NCBI GenBank assembly: GCA_964187785.1
Contig: OZ076409.1
Location: 4,776,001-4,840,000, forward strand
Source of the DNA: Amphiscolops sp. MND2022
Taxonomy: Eukaryota
DNA: 64,000 nucleotides
Direction: 5' to 3'
The notes beneath the pieces were generated by a model. That model ran no database searches. It was not told where the DNA came from and saw nothing but the letters and a program-made list of their open reading frames with translations. Made by a program: the position numbers and the translations under genes. Shown here piece after piece: positions 1 through 12,973 of this stretch (position 1 is its first letter; every line of letters starts with the position of its first letter).

Positions 1-707
1 GTTGACCTCTTGGGTTGGACGGACTCAGGGTCACTAATGGCTGGGACTTTTGCTTCATTGCATGACATGGGTACATCCTCTCCTGACGTAGCTGGAGTCT
101 GAGAATCAATGGGGCTGGAGGCGGAGGCTCCGCTGACGACAGGGTGCTCTCGCGCAGGGGCAAAGGTAAATTCCATTGGTAGAGCACTAATGTTGACCTT
201 ACTCTTAGGGTGCTTACTGCCTTGTCCCTGATCGCGTACGTTGGAGTGTACAGGAGGAGTCGCAAGAGAAAGCTTCTCCGGTTCTCGTTCATGAACCTCG
301 GTAATTGTTTTGTCAGGAGGAACGGTTGGATTCAGTTCTATGGGTTCGCTGATGCTGACCTTAGGAGGGGCTGACAGAACGTCAGGTGCATCTTTCTTTC
401 CCTGGGAGCACATAGCAGCAAATTTCCGAGAACAATAGGCACCCACACTTTCGTCGGAACCACTACTGGCAAACACAGAACCTCCTCGTTTGTAAATTTC
501 AGCTAAAAGGGATATATTCTCGGCTTCACGCTTGATTTGGGCTACACCTAAACGCTCCGGTGTAGTGACCTCTGGTTCAGGCTGTTTCTGAGGGGAATAT
601 TCGGGCTCGGAAGAGGATAAGGTAATCTCAACCACTTCAATCTCATCCTCCGTGCGGTCACTAGATTGTCCTTCAACGTCAGCATTTTGTTGGCTAGTAT
701 CCATCAT
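1..707 (-). CDS. Unknown acidic, Pro/Ser-rich ORF (MMDTSQQNADVEGQSSDRTEDEIEVVEITLSSSEPEYSPQ...), at least 235 codons, open off the left edge
   Basis: Hand translation: ATG at 707, no stop down to base 1. Missing from the ORF track because it has no stop in the window. Confidence 0.6.
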   Translation of the reverse strand, partial: MMDTSQQNADVEGQSSDRTEDEIEVVEITLSSSEPEYSPQKQPEPEVTTPERLGVAQIKREAENISLLAEIYKRGGSVFASSGSDESVGAYCSRKFAAMCSQGKKDAPDVLSAPPKVSISEPIELNPTVPPDKTITEVHEREPEKLSLATPPVHSNVRDQGQGSKHPKSKVNISALPMEFTFAPAREHPVVSGASASSPIDSQTPATSGEDVPMSCNEAKVPAISDPESVQPKRS

Positions 708-2559
708 CTCTCCGTTAGACTGAGTTGGTTGGCCGTTTGAATTCTCTCCTAAAAGGAAAGATATAAATGAGCGCGGTTGACTTCCTGCATAAAAATCCAT
801 CTTGCCGCAAATTTAAGAAAATTTCCGGAAGTAGATTAGACACAATGTTCACGTTCGTGACAGAACATTTCATGATGGAGGAAGTGGCAAAGTTAGAATT
901 AAAACCCTGATCAAGTTTATTTCTAACAAAATTAAAAGAACCAACCTGATGTCTCATCCATATGGAAGGGCAGAATTGATGTGACTCAGTCCTTTCGTAA
1001 TATGCGCTGGGTATTGAAGAGTTGGATCAGTTACAGGATAGTTGACAGCAAGTCAGGTCCGCCCAAGTAGATTAATTCCCCAAAGATCCCAAAATAAGTA
1101 ATTCACTTTATGGGAAATAATAGTTTAGCTGCCGAATTACTTCAGAAATAGTGGTTGGCCTTACTCAGAAAGCTGGCAATAGACCCAAGGTCAGAGAGAC
1201 TGCAAGAGAATAGCGAAATAATCTATTGCAACTCAAGTGATGCTACTTGAGGTTGATTACTCAGCAATTGACAAATAAGAAATTTAAATGTAGAAATGAT
1301 TCCTGGAATGGAAAGTTTATATTGATTGCGATGATACCCGCTACTTTGAAATCCAAGGTCAGAGAGACAGCACTAAATTACAAAGGTAAATCAGTACAGC
1401 TCAAGTGATACTACTTGAATATCAAATAACAAGGAGAATGCAATTGAATTGAAAGATTACAACTAGAATAATGAATGAAATTCCACTGGCTGAATTAAAC
1501 GAAAGATGTCAACTGATACTCTTTGTCGCACCAGTTACTAAGGCTATCTAATTCTTATGTTTACTTAACCAGACTGCTTCACTATACTAACACGCTGTAC
1601 CATCCAAGTGACGTCATGAATACATTTACACTGAAAGTACACTAGACAGCGCTCCTTTACTAGCATAGTAGTACTTGACTAATTAGACGCAAAGTCCACT
1701 TGACTGCAAACAAATACCTGACTACTACTATTCACACTCCATAAAGAGTAACCTATTACAAATATGACGTCATCATCACCTTCTTACCTGAAACGGAGTT
1801 AATGGCGTTGTGATACTCCTCAGTGCCCACTAGCAATTATGAAACCATCACCATCCCTTCCCTGAATTTATCCAATATGTACAATTCGTCGCTACTAATT
1901 CCTAACATCAAAGAGTCGTGGCTACATGTAAACTTGCTCAATGTTATCAATTATCTAGACAATCGTGACAATAAGTCCCGTATCTGCCAGCGATGTACTT
2001 ATTACAGGTTAACATATTGAAAAATTAACATATCTTCATTCGGTTAAACGCTCGGTGCAATTTCATTCCATAGAATTACAAACCATTTCATGAAATTTAG
2101 TTAATTCTCTTTACTCGGCGATTTTACTCGGTTTCACCCATTATTATCATCCACTCATTCAGAAAGTTAATTGGTCAGTCCTACTACTGCAGTCGGCCTG
2201 ACCAAAGGTCTTTGATGCCAATTGTTTACAGAGAATTAACACTAACACCTCTTATAGCGGCAATGAGGTGTCTTTGAAAAGGAAAGTAAACTCAACTCAA
2301 GAGGCAATTAATAAACTCTTACAGACCGTAAACTCTAGATTGTTGATGTCCATTCACCCAAATTGAAACCTATAAGGAAATAGTTGGGGGAGATGTGGGT
2401 TAATTTCCCGCTCAACCGTTCCCGCGAAAACGGGAGCAGACCTATAGTCAGTCTGACTTCACCTCGTCATTCCTACCCTAAAGTTCTCGCGGAAACGGCC
2501 GCAAAGAAACTCAAACCAAAATTGCTAAAAAACTTCTCATTCAACGTTTCTACAAGGAA

Positions 2560-3383
2560 ATGTCTCTACAATTTTCTTTGGAGGAACACGATAGACCTCT
2601 AGTTAGCCTTTCGTACCAGTCATCCGATGAAGAATTGGAAGTGGACTCAGTGTCCATTGCAGATGGTCCTGACGGTCAAGATTCTGACGACGATATACAA
2701 GTTCTTGCTTGCTATCGTGAAAATATACCCTTCCCTCCACAATTCACCGCGGGTCGGGCAATGACGACAGAGTTAGCTCATTGCTCAAATGACCTGAACA
2801 TACCAGATGACGATTTAATTGGATCAGTAAGCACTTTTACAGATCCGTCACAAGACTTGCTCGATTGGTGTGTAGGGGGCCCCCAAGAACTTCTTATGGC
2901 TCAAATGCGGATGACCACCCAATAACGTATTTTGGCCAGCTAAACCCAATACGGGACTCACCGTGGTCACCTCCGTTAGAAGACCAAGGACCATCAGTTG
3001 ACACCTACCAGCCTACACAACCTCATGGTTCGGCAAACTCATGGTATGGCAATTCACACATCACAGGCCTAGGAATTAGCGTCAGTGGAAGCTGTGGCCA
3101 ACCGAATGAGACGACCCAAACTGGTTGCGTGATCTGTGGGAAATCATCTGCCGACATTAAAGAAGAAATAACACTGGGGTACCTTGAACAGACACACATT
3201 CCCGGAGAGACGTATGAGCAGCGGATTGCTAGACGTGATGCATTCCAGGCAGGTATGAAAGCAGGGACGTTCATACTTGTAACGGGGGGAGTGTCGCAAG
3301 CTGCCGCTTGTGACGGCGTCCTATACCAAATGATGCCAGAAGGTAATGAGACACTACCAGCACCCGGGGTCTTACCTATCTAA
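2560..3383 (+). pseudogene. Frameshifted accessory ORF of about 274 aa (acidic N-terminus, CVICG motif), unknown function
   Basis: ORFs 2560-2925 and 2865-3383 overlap and join at the GGGGGCCCCC run (about 2875-2884). Confidence 0.5.
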
Positions 3384-4194
3384 ACAAACTCTGAAACAAA
3401 CTTTAGCATTTATTCTGATAGTTTAATATTAGTTTCATACATGTAACGACCGAAGTATTAGCGCTAAACATGTAATTTCTATGCTACTATTTAGACCTAA
3501 GGTCAAACTGACAGCATTCAATCAGTACATTTATTCAATTGCTATTATTGATTTGTTACTATTTAGAATTTCCCATTGATGAAATTACTTACAATTAGTC
3601 TGTACCTAAAGTACATCACTTAGTTAACGATGCAACACTTAGCAAATTAACTCAACTGCTGTTAAACGATGTTTAAAGAGTACTTTAAGACACTTTTCTG
3701 AGCAGTTAATTAACTAGTACTCTACTGCAGTCAAATTGACGTGTGGTCGCAAGTACTTGTTGACCAATCAGAGTGAAGCACCAGTCTATCATTGCAGTCA
3801 TGCTGACGCATGGTCAAATTTGGAATTTCATTGAGTATGGATGTTACCAATGCATGAAAGGTTGTTTTTAACCTGAATTTGAATACATGTAAAGATACCC
3901 ATTGTTTGTTTGATGCTATTTATATCTCTTCATTTGTGTGACGTAATGTCAAAACCTCCAGTCTATTTTTAGAACTAGTGACCTAATAATGAAACCGGGG
4001 CTATATTTAGAATGATATCACCCTAAATTTAGTTCCTGACACGCAAAATATTGCGTGTCATGCAGTATAAACTATATATACGCGGAACTTGTAATAAAAG
4101 GATTCATTCATTGATTGAGAACGCTACGATACAAAACTGTTCAATTTGTTACTGTTGATTATTTCACTGTTGAAACCAAATCCATTTCTTGAAA

Positions 4195-4845
4195 ATGCCT
4201 TCAACTAGAAAGCAGAAAGCAAGAGAGAAACGTTCTAGACAGTCTGACGTAATGTCTGATATAGAAAATCTAGATGTAATGTTAGGAAGTTATCAGAGAG
4301 AGAATAATGAATTCCGAGGTGAGAATAATGAAAATACATTAGACCAAAGGTCTGATGAACGGGAAGGCCAGGATCGAAATGTGGAAGACTATCAAACCTT
4401 CCTGAAAAACAATCCAAGTGAAAATAGTTGTTTGACCATTGAAACTAGTAGAGTTATTAGTTCTGAAATTTCATCACAGATGTCAAGGAAGTTTCAGGAA
4501 ATGCAAACTAGTCTAAATTCTCAGATATTGGATGTTATAAACACTGCGATTGACACTAGGGTGCTTCCCAGCATCAAAAATGCTGTTAGGAGACAGAATT
4601 CAGCGAAAAACACAAGTTTAGACCTTCGGTCAGATGGACTGCATGAAGATACTGCCGCCCCAGGAAATTCTCAGAAGGACCTTCGGTCAAATGGACTGCA
4701 TCCGGAAAATACCAGTAAATCGTACCAGGATGCTCAGAATGAGTTTCCGAGGTTAATTTCAATCAAAAATAACCAAACAAATCATCGCAGAGAGAATTCA
4801 GGTGATTCTCAAGTTAGTGACGATGAATATGGTTATGACAGATAA
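4195..4845 (+). CDS. Gag-like N-terminal ORF (MPSTRKQKAREKRSRQSD...) within the putative LTR, cut at the LTR end
   Basis: ATG at 4195, downstream of TATA/Inr-like motifs. Basic N-terminus, helical segment, DLRS(D/N)GLH repeat. The frame is open to the terminal CA at 4840 and stops 3 nt into the flank. Gag identity is inference. Confidence 0.5.
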   Translation: MPSTRKQKAREKRSRQSDVMSDIENLDVMLGSYQRENNEFRGENNENTLDQRSDEREGQDRNVEDYQTFLKNNPSENSCLTIETSRVISSEISSQMSRKFQEMQTSLNSQILDVINTAIDTRVLPSIKNAVRRQNSAKNTSLDLRSDGLHEDTAAPGNSQKDLRSNGLHPENTSKSYQDAQNEFPRLISIKNNQTNHRRENSGDSQVSDDEYGYDR

Positions 4846-6922
4846 TAATTTCGACCGTTTTCGGAAAATCATGGTCGAAAGGTAAAATTTCGTCGATTTA
4901 CATGTATTAGGATAGGAAATTACCGTTTCGCGGTGAAAAAGTGCAATCATTGTTTCCGATGAAATGTTTTTAAAACAAAAAACGTCATTGAATTCTAGAC
5001 AATCTGCAGAGTCCGATGATTTTAAACTTTTCAGGAAAAAATTTCAGAAACCTGCTCAACTCTGGGAAAAGAACAAAAGTGTTCTTTCTGCGCCTGAGAT
5101 TTCAGTTGATGCGCCAATCAAAATTAAGAATGAGAACAAATAAGCAATTTTAATTGATTGAAAACAGCGCTCAGCGCATAGAGTGACGATTTCTTAATCA
5201 GAGTACTGTAGTGTGAACAAAAATTGTGTCTGGATTCTAAATCGCCACGCTAAAAGAAATATAAAATAAACTCATTCTGCTTATTGTTGAGTTTATTTCA
5301 TTTTTCATTCGAAAAACTCCGGTGGTGGGGGGGATAACCGAGAAATGTAACAGTTAATTATTAGACTACAGATAGGGCGTTCTATGCATTTTAATTTTAT
5401 GAATTATCTTTATTAAACAAAAATTTAATAATTCAATGAAATGTTACGATTCAAAACATTGTTACAAAAGCTACGAATACCCGCTCTAGTCACCCGAGCA
5501 GCTGTTTTCTCGCGAAAACTGCCTAAAAATAAAGAAGGAGATATTGCCTAAAAAGTTAGAAGAACCGGCGCTTTTCTGCTTCCCCCAGTATCAAAAGTTT
5601 TGGAAAGAATTTCATTAACGTTTTTCTAACTGGCTTAATTGAAACTGAAACCATTTTCCATAACAGAAAATTAGCTTTTACTGGAATAGTTTTTTGTTTA
5701 AACAAAACATTCTTCATGCATTTTGACTGTGATTATGTTGAAAAATAACCGTTTTTTGTGAACAAACTTCATATCTGGATCCTAAATTGAAGCTTTGGAA
5801 TCAAGTTTCAAATTTGATTTGGTATCCAGTCTTTTTGTTATAATAGTTTAACTAATTTTTCGAAAAAAGTGTTGGTTTTCTGGAAAAGTAGAAAAGAACC
5901 AAAAAACCTTCTGAGATTTATTGATTTTTTTTGTAATTATGCTTCAATGACAGTTGTATTCAATAAGTAAATGAGTGACGTACGTGATCATGGATGCATC
6001 AACTAATGACGTCATTAGTTGTCTTCAATTCCCGAAAGGCAAGCATTATTCTCATTGCATTCATTTAACATTTAACTCAATGCAATAAAAAATATGGAAA
6101 AAGGATTCAATAAGTGGGCTCTTTTTCCTTTTCCCCCACACTTTTTAAAGAAAACAAACTCAACATAAAGGATTATATTTGACTATATCATTCAATATTT
6201 CTTCGAATAAGTCTTTTCCTTTGTTTTGTTGTCTCCACACTATTAGAGTAGTTTTCCGCTTGAACAAAACATTGTTCACACAATTTGACTAATTATGTTC
6301 GTATTGAGTGTTTATTGATGACTCAAAACAGGAAGCTGTTGATTTCTTCATCAAAATTGCGTAACTACATAGGGAAAAAGTGTGAACAAAGTTTGCATCT
6401 GAATCCTAAACTATCACCCTGAGAATAAATTTAAAACTGAACTGTTTCATTGGAAACGCATTTGAGATATAATTAATTGCAAAAAGTTCATCTTGAAAAG
6501 TGTGGGGGGGGAAAGGAAAAAGTTCCAAAAAGTGTTAATAAACACTACTGTATTCAATTGAGATTGAGATGTATTGAGGCAAAAACGTCAATAAGCTTTT
6601 TTCTGTTTTCTCACCAACCGAAGCTATTCTTTTTGGCGGAATTGTTGAGCCTTCAAATTTCTGAACAATTTGTGCTGTGGTCTTTTCTGTTATTTCCCCC
6701 AGCCTACTGGCTTAAAAAGTATCCCCCTTTCGACATTTCATTTGTTAGGATAAGAATCGTAGTATATGACTCACTTCTTAATGACTCACGTCTTATAGAA
6801 ACTCACTTCTTAGTGGCTCACTTCTCAATGAACTTCTTTTCATTTGTTAGGATAAGAATCGTCACTTCTTAATGACTCACTTCTTGAAAAATGGGGGGGG
6901 CAAACTTGCTGGGGGGGGATCC

Positions 6923-7713
6923 CAGGTTTTCGATCTTTGCAAATCTGTGCAGATCTGCAAGATCTTTACAGAAGTGTGCAAATTTTCTTTAAAGATTTTT
7001 GCAGAAATATGTATTTCTGCAGCTTCTAAGGAACCAATATACTGCACTTTTGGACTTCTTTAACTGCTTCATCGACTATTTTAGCTGACCAAGGCTCAGT
7101 CAGTTGATAATATCGTTCACTTAAAATTCTCGAGAAGGAAAATTTGTCCCCATCACAGTAGTTTTGGTGACTGGAGAATGCGCTGTATTGGTTATACACC
7201 GTAATTTATCAATTTCACTTGAACTTTCCAGAAGTGGTTGTTGAACTTTGAGAAGCTCATTTGCCTTCTTTGACTTTGACTTCGTTTTGACGGATGAAAT
7301 TTGACATGTGGCAACCTTCTGGGTTGGTAGATATGTTGATAAAGTGTTGTTGTTGTAATATTTCGGGAGTGTAATATTTCGGGTAATATATGGTTTGTTG
7401 AAGCAATTTTATTAATTTCTGGTAACTCGGAATACGTTATAGTAATTTACTGGTCATTGTTTGGATCTGTAAAGATCTGTAAAGATCTGCAAAACTCTAC
7501 AGGTCTGTACAGATTGCTGCATAAAAATGTTTCATCATTTTGACATAAATGAGATTTTTCTCGTGTTTTAAACCTTTTTATTCTTCGTTTGACATTGCTG
7601 TGGGGGTTCTATTGTGTTTCTAAGTAGGTCATTTTTCTTCGAATCTGCACATATCTGCAAAGATCTGCAAAAATCCTGCAGATCTGCACAGATTTGCAAA
7701 GATGGAAAACCTG
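6923..7713. mobile_element. Non-autonomous TIR element (MITE), CAGG-ended
   Basis: CAGGTTTTCGATCTTTGCAAATCTGTGCAGATCTGC ... GCAGATCTGCACAGATTTGCAAAGATGGAAAACCTG inverted ends. No clear TSD. Confidence 0.7.
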
Positions 7714-9295
7714 AGATAACAGAAAAGATCCCAATTCTTTTTGGCGGAATTGTTGAGCCTTCAAAATTCTAAACAAATTTGTGCTGGTAACTCTTGATCA
7801 CATCTTTCACTTTGCCGGAAAAATGTTTGAAGTTGGTTTCATTCATTGAGTGCGCTTTTTCCGGAAAAAAGTCTCAAATTCTTCGAATTGACAGTCAGGT
7901 GATTTTTTTTTCAGTTACATGGGTTACCAAAGAAAAATTTGGGTTCGACATTTGCTTTGGATTTTTTGGCTCTTTTCTGTTAGCCCCAAAATTTTTCCCC
8001 TCAAAATTTTCGAAACGAAATATTTAGAAAATTCAACTGCCTTCATGAAAAGTTATATCGTTTTGTTTTCCCTAACAGGAAGTTGACTTCCATTGTAATA
8101 CTTTTCGTTTTTTAAGAAGTAAATTAATTGTTAAAATGGAAAGATTATTCAAAAGAGGGACTTACAAACGTATAACAATTTCTCGTTTACAAACGTAAAA
8201 AACAAAAATTATTCAAATTATTACATGATCCAATTGATTAAACTTGATCAAAATAGCAAATTATAATGAAAAGTAAACAATGAAAGCTAAGAGTATAAAG
8301 GTAGATCTCTATAAAAATTATGTTGCTGCTCTCTTTTAGATTCTGTTAAGTTCTTTTATTAAAAAACGCAGTATTTATTGGTTGTTCCGTCCATGAGCAT
8401 ATTTTTGTACTCGTTAATTATTTCATTTTCAGGGAGGACTTTCTGTTGAAGAAGAATTTTCCATTACGTATTTGCAATAGAGTTCGTAAGTTTTTGTTGA
8501 CTGGGCATTTGAACACTGAATGGTTGAAGGTTTCGAAACTTTTCGTTGGAACAAAACTTTTTCCACGCATTTGACTGCAATTATTGTTGACAAGCAATAA
8601 GAATACAAAAAGTAAATATTAGTTGTTCAGTTTCAAGCCATCTTGGCGTAATAGATAGTTCACTATGACATGAAGTTTGGCCGAATTCGATTCTGTCACG
8701 AATCCTAAAATATTTTATGATTTTCGAAAAAAATACTCTAGTATTTCAGAATTTCTCGAATTTCTCGAATATTCTAGAAAAAATATTCTTGCTAGTTCGT
8801 TTGAAAAATCACTGTTTACTAATACTTGTTAATTGGTGCTTAATTTATGTTCATTTAGCCTTCTGATGTGTATTATTTTAATTTATTCTTGGCTGTGAAT
8901 CTTGTTGGAACTCAGTACGAATTTGGCCTTTAAAAAATTGGAAAACAATACATTGGGTTTCCTTCCTTTATACATAAAACGATCTATATATAGAGAAACT
9001 TTGTATTATATGGAGAAAATTCCTATAGTTCTTTCAATTATGTTCCAAATAACACTTTTTGTCACTGAGTACAAGCAAGCTGTTGATTTCCTAAATTTCA
9101 AAAAATTAAGAATGAGTCACTTCTTAGGGAACAATAGTCTGTATTTGTATCCCAAACTGACGCCTTTTAAATTAAAGTTTAAAAATAAAGGTTTTTTCGT
9201 GCGGTTTTTAGTCTTTTTTATTTCAACTGATTTTTCAAAAACAAATTGGTGATGGTTTAGAACGACAAAGAACCCGTTTCTCTGTTCTTTTTTAG

Positions 9296-9400
9296 GTCTG
9301 GCAGTTATTTGTGACGACTTCTTCGTGCCCTCTCTTGAAATCATTTCTGATCAACTCAACTTGACCGAAGATGTGGCTGGAGCTACATTCATGGCTGCAG
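9296..9400 (+). CDS. SLC24A: SLC24/NCKX exchanger exon ([36 protein letters not shown]), start of alpha-1 repeat
   Basis: Canonical NCKX motif; AG/GT boundaries; phase matches the next exon. Confidence 0.93.
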
Positions 9401-10456
9401 GTATCTTCAAAGATCCATTTATGTTCATTCATGTTCATTCATGTTCATTCAAAAAATAGCCTGCCCTGTACACAGTGCATGTACATTAGTGCATGTGTAT
9501 AGACTAGGTGAACCGAAAAAGCGGAACGCACAAAAAAAATTTCCCCTGTCAGACATTCTCTCATTACGTAATCAAATCTTCAACACAGAATGATCCGAAC
9601 CTTCAGAAAAAGGGTAGACGTCTTTACCAGTCATTTCGTTCACACTTCTGATGTGTGAAAGTTCATTTGCTTCGAAGAAAAGTTGTCAAAGTGAATGACT
9701 GACGAGCTGAATTGAAATGTTCTGAGTCGTTTTGAAACATTTGTTGACAAATATTTGGAACTTTGAGAGCTCAAAATGATTTCATGCGTTCCAATTTCTT
9801 TGTGGTTCACTTAGTACGTTACATTCGAGGAGAAGGAAAATTTTCGCTTCAAAAGTTATGAAAACTAACAATCATCAACTTCAAAAGTTTCGAGTGGGAA
9901 GCATTGTTGGAAAAGGTCACTGAGATTTTTTTTCAATTCACAAAGCCGATTCTCCGTGTTTTCTAAAAAAGAATAAAAGATGACAGTAGAATTAGTTGGC
10001 TTTCATCAGCCTGCTTGTTAAATGATGAACCATTTCATAAATTAAGAGACCATTCCATCTAGTCCTAATTTTAATCTTTCTGAAGCAGCCACAAATATTA
10101 AAAGAAAGACTAATTGTAGCAAGATTTTAAAATTTTCCCACTGCAAAAACTTGGAACTTGTAAGATCATCTAGCAAAAATTCCAACAAAATTCTAACAAG
10201 AAGTTAATTTCGACTAAAGGGCAATTGTGTTACATGTTCTTCAAGAATTTCTAACATGCACGGTCGGATGCTTTTTCCAGGGTTCTTGGATAATCTTGAT
10301 CGAAAAATTTTGGAACTTACAAGTGGCTTCCATGAGCAGACATTGTCGTGGAAGATCTTGCAATGTTCTGACAGGATAATGCATGAACTTGCAAGATCTT
10401 GAAAGTTTCTTACAAAATCCTGGGAGATTAGCAACCCAGCGTTGGTTGTATTGCAG

Positions 10457-10593
10457 GGTCTTCCGCACCCGAACTGTTCACGAGTATCGCGGGTGTTTCC
10501 TTCGAGAGTGACGTAGGAGTGGGCACCATAGTCGGGTCCGCCATCTTCAATCTCCTCATCATCATTGCCCTCTCGGCCGCTCTTTCCCTCCAG
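10457..10593 (+). CDS. SLC24A: SLC24/NCKX exon (SSAPELFTS...GVGTIVGSAIFNLLII)
   Basis: Alpha-1 repeat motif; TGCAG|...|GTAAA boundaries. Confidence 0.93.
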
Positions 10594-10601
10594 GTAAAAA
10601 A

Positions 10602-11031
10602 AACAAGCCGGGACCGGCCCAAGTCGGCGCCATATCCAAGGCTCAAAAATAGCAAAAAGACTTCCAAGTGTCAAGTATTCTCTTTTACAGTACTCGAAAA
10701 TCAAAAATTTTTCGAAAAAAAATTTTCGAAAAAATTACATACTCAAAAAAATGAACCGCTAAAGTCTCACAATACCAAAAAACTGAAAGGGGGGGGCCCT
10801 TTGAGGTTTTTCAACATCCATTCTGTCGCAAAACATCAAAAAATGCAGGGGGACCCTTTGGGGAAAAAATTCCGAAAAAAATGTCTCGCAGTGCCGAAAA
10901 AAATTGAAAGGTGCAATTTGACACCATAATATTTTGTAGAACTTTTAAGAACTATTTTGTTCAGCTGGTGTGAATTGAAAAAAGAGTCACTATAATAGTC
11001 GCGTTTCACTTCATGAAGCGCCGACTAAAAA
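10602..11031 (-). mobile_element. Helentron-associated non-autonomous repeat (HINE/DINE-1-like)
   Basis: Sub-terminal inverted AGTCGGCGC/GCGCCGACT, terminal GCCGG-GA-CCGGC hairpin, T/A-rich ends; about 10 copies in the window. Confidence 0.65.
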
Positions 11032-11639
11032 CAAACCGAGACCAGGTCTTCAAAGTCGACGAACCCTCTCAGGGCTCAAACAGCGCAAATGAGCTTTGAG
11101 AGGCTCATGGGCGGTAAAATCTGAGAAATCTCACTTTAGCAAAAAAAACTTTTAAAAGGTTCTTTTAACGCTGATAAAAATTTTTCCTCACTAAAAGCGT
11201 CAAAGAACAAAAGGGATGTCTGTCCTTCAGTGATGAAATAAACAAAACGCTAAGCATCGGGATATTTTCCGCCACACTCGTGTTGCAGAACAAGTCCTGT
11301 TGTTGAGAATTTGACCATTAAAATTATCACTTATTTCCGTTCATCATTTTCGAACAGGTTAGTTTTTTTTAGTTCAATAGATTTCCTTTGCCTTTGATCG
11401 TTTCGGATATTGTATCCCGTGGCGTAAATATTCAAAAACTACAAAAATTGATGAAAAACTTGAAATTTTGAATCTTTTTCTGTGATTTTGGGGCCATTTG
11501 GGGTCAACCAAAAAAGTCCAAAAATATCTATAAATACATATCGCACGAAGCTAAATTTTTATCAGTTGAATTCTACGAATGAACATCTTCATGAATTTAA
11601 GTATAAAATTGGAACATGGCTACCCAGGTTGACCAAACA

Positions 11640-11820
11640 TACTTACCATGCTATGATCATAGTATGATCATACTATGATCATGGTCATTCCATGATCATG
11701 ATCATGCCAAGACCGTACCATGGCGACCATGTTTCATAGTATGACCATACTATGGTCATCATGTTTCATAGTATGATCCATCATGTTTCATAGTATGAAC
11801 ATAGCATGATCATAGTATGA
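11640..11820. repeat. Degenerate CATGAT/CATAGTATGAT short tandem array
   Basis: Visible repeats. Confidence 0.7.
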
Positions 11821-12004
11821 GAAACGATGAAATCTAGATTGAAAGTCGAGATGTCGGACATGGTAACCTCCTGTAAACAAAGTTCACAAATTGGATACCG
11901 AGTCCTTATGCTGTATTTTTAAGGAGGCACTCAGCTCGTGAGATACATAGTATCCCACTTGACGAGACCCACGACGAGAACGTGGCCTCCGTTGGGTCTC
12001 AAAA

Positions 12005-12570
12005 ATCTAAAACTTGGACAAAACAGCAACAAAATTATGGAAATCAGCTACTGAAAGAGGAATTAGATCTAAAACCTGGATCAATTTGATCTAAAAACAA
12101 AAACTCCGGGAAGACAGCGAAGAGTATCTAAATTATGCATAATTTCGTCTCTAAATTGGGAATAATATCTAAAACTTGGGCAAAAATAGCTGCTAAATTA
12201 TGGAAGTCAGCAATTGAAGTAGCAATCAGATCTAAAACCTGGATCAATTTGATCTAAAATCATCGAAAACTCTGGAAAGAGAGCGAAGAATATCCAAATT
12301 ATGCATAATTTAGTCTCTGGATTGAGAATAATATCAAAAATTACGGGGAAATAGCTACGAAATCATGGAAAATCAACAACTGAAAATGGAATCAGATCTA
12401 AAACCTGGATCAATTTGATCTAAAAACAAAAACTCCGGGAAGGCAGCGAAGAGTGTCTAAATTATGCATAATTTCGTCTCTAAATTGTGAATTATATCTA
12501 AAACTTGGGCAAAAATAGCTGCTTATTATGGAAATCAGCTATTGAAATAGGAATCAGAACTAAAACTCCG
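12005..12570. repeat. Tandem repeat, about 163-bp unit, about 3.4 copies
   Basis: AGATCTAAAACCTGGATCAATTTGATCTAAAA and ATTATGCATAATTT recur at about 163-bp spacing. Confidence 0.85.
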
Positions 12571-12973
12571 TGCGATATTATAATTTTGTAAAAAAAACGA
12601 GGCTGATTTGGATATTTTTCTTTCCCATATGGAATATGAGAGGAAAATCTAAAAATCCTAAAGAAGTGCCAAAAATACCCAAAACTGTCGACTCTTTTAT
12701 CTAACCCACGAGTGAAAAACTTTGGAAAACTTACAAAAAAGCACAAATGCCAACTTAATGACATTCATTTCAATTTTCAGTAGAAACAATTTGATTAGTG
12801 TCATAATAAACAGTGATTAGTTTTTTCTCTAGCTCACAACACTCACGAGCATTCCACAAATCACTTTTTTTTGGTTTTTCCCCACAAAAAATATGACCCA
12901 CCCAATTACACGCACTTTTCAAAAACGAATGAACAGTTTACTCCAGAAATTTCTAATCCTTTCCGATTTTCAG

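Larger units (their letters stand above)
1..4840 (+). mobile_element. Right-hand part of a large LTR-retrotransposon-like element (accessory-ORF region plus putative 3' LTR ending ...GGTTATGACA at 4840)
   Basis: Higher GC, ORF-bearing block ending abruptly in CA at 4840. PPT-like GGGGGAGA (2386-2393) is followed by TG. TGTCAAAACC at 3947 is a 9/10 inverted match to the 4831-4840 end. TATAAA at 4066 and AATAAA at 4093. No pol in the window, so the class is inferred. Confidence 0.55.

Noticed and set aside
8431..8485. AG/GT-bounded segment as an upstream NCKX exon
   Set aside because: No similarity to the NCKX N-terminus or TM1, and it adjoins dispersed repeat sequence.
12005..12570. Repeat array as CRISPR-like
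   Set aside because: Whole units repeat with no unique spacers, there are no cas genes, and the context is eukaryotic.
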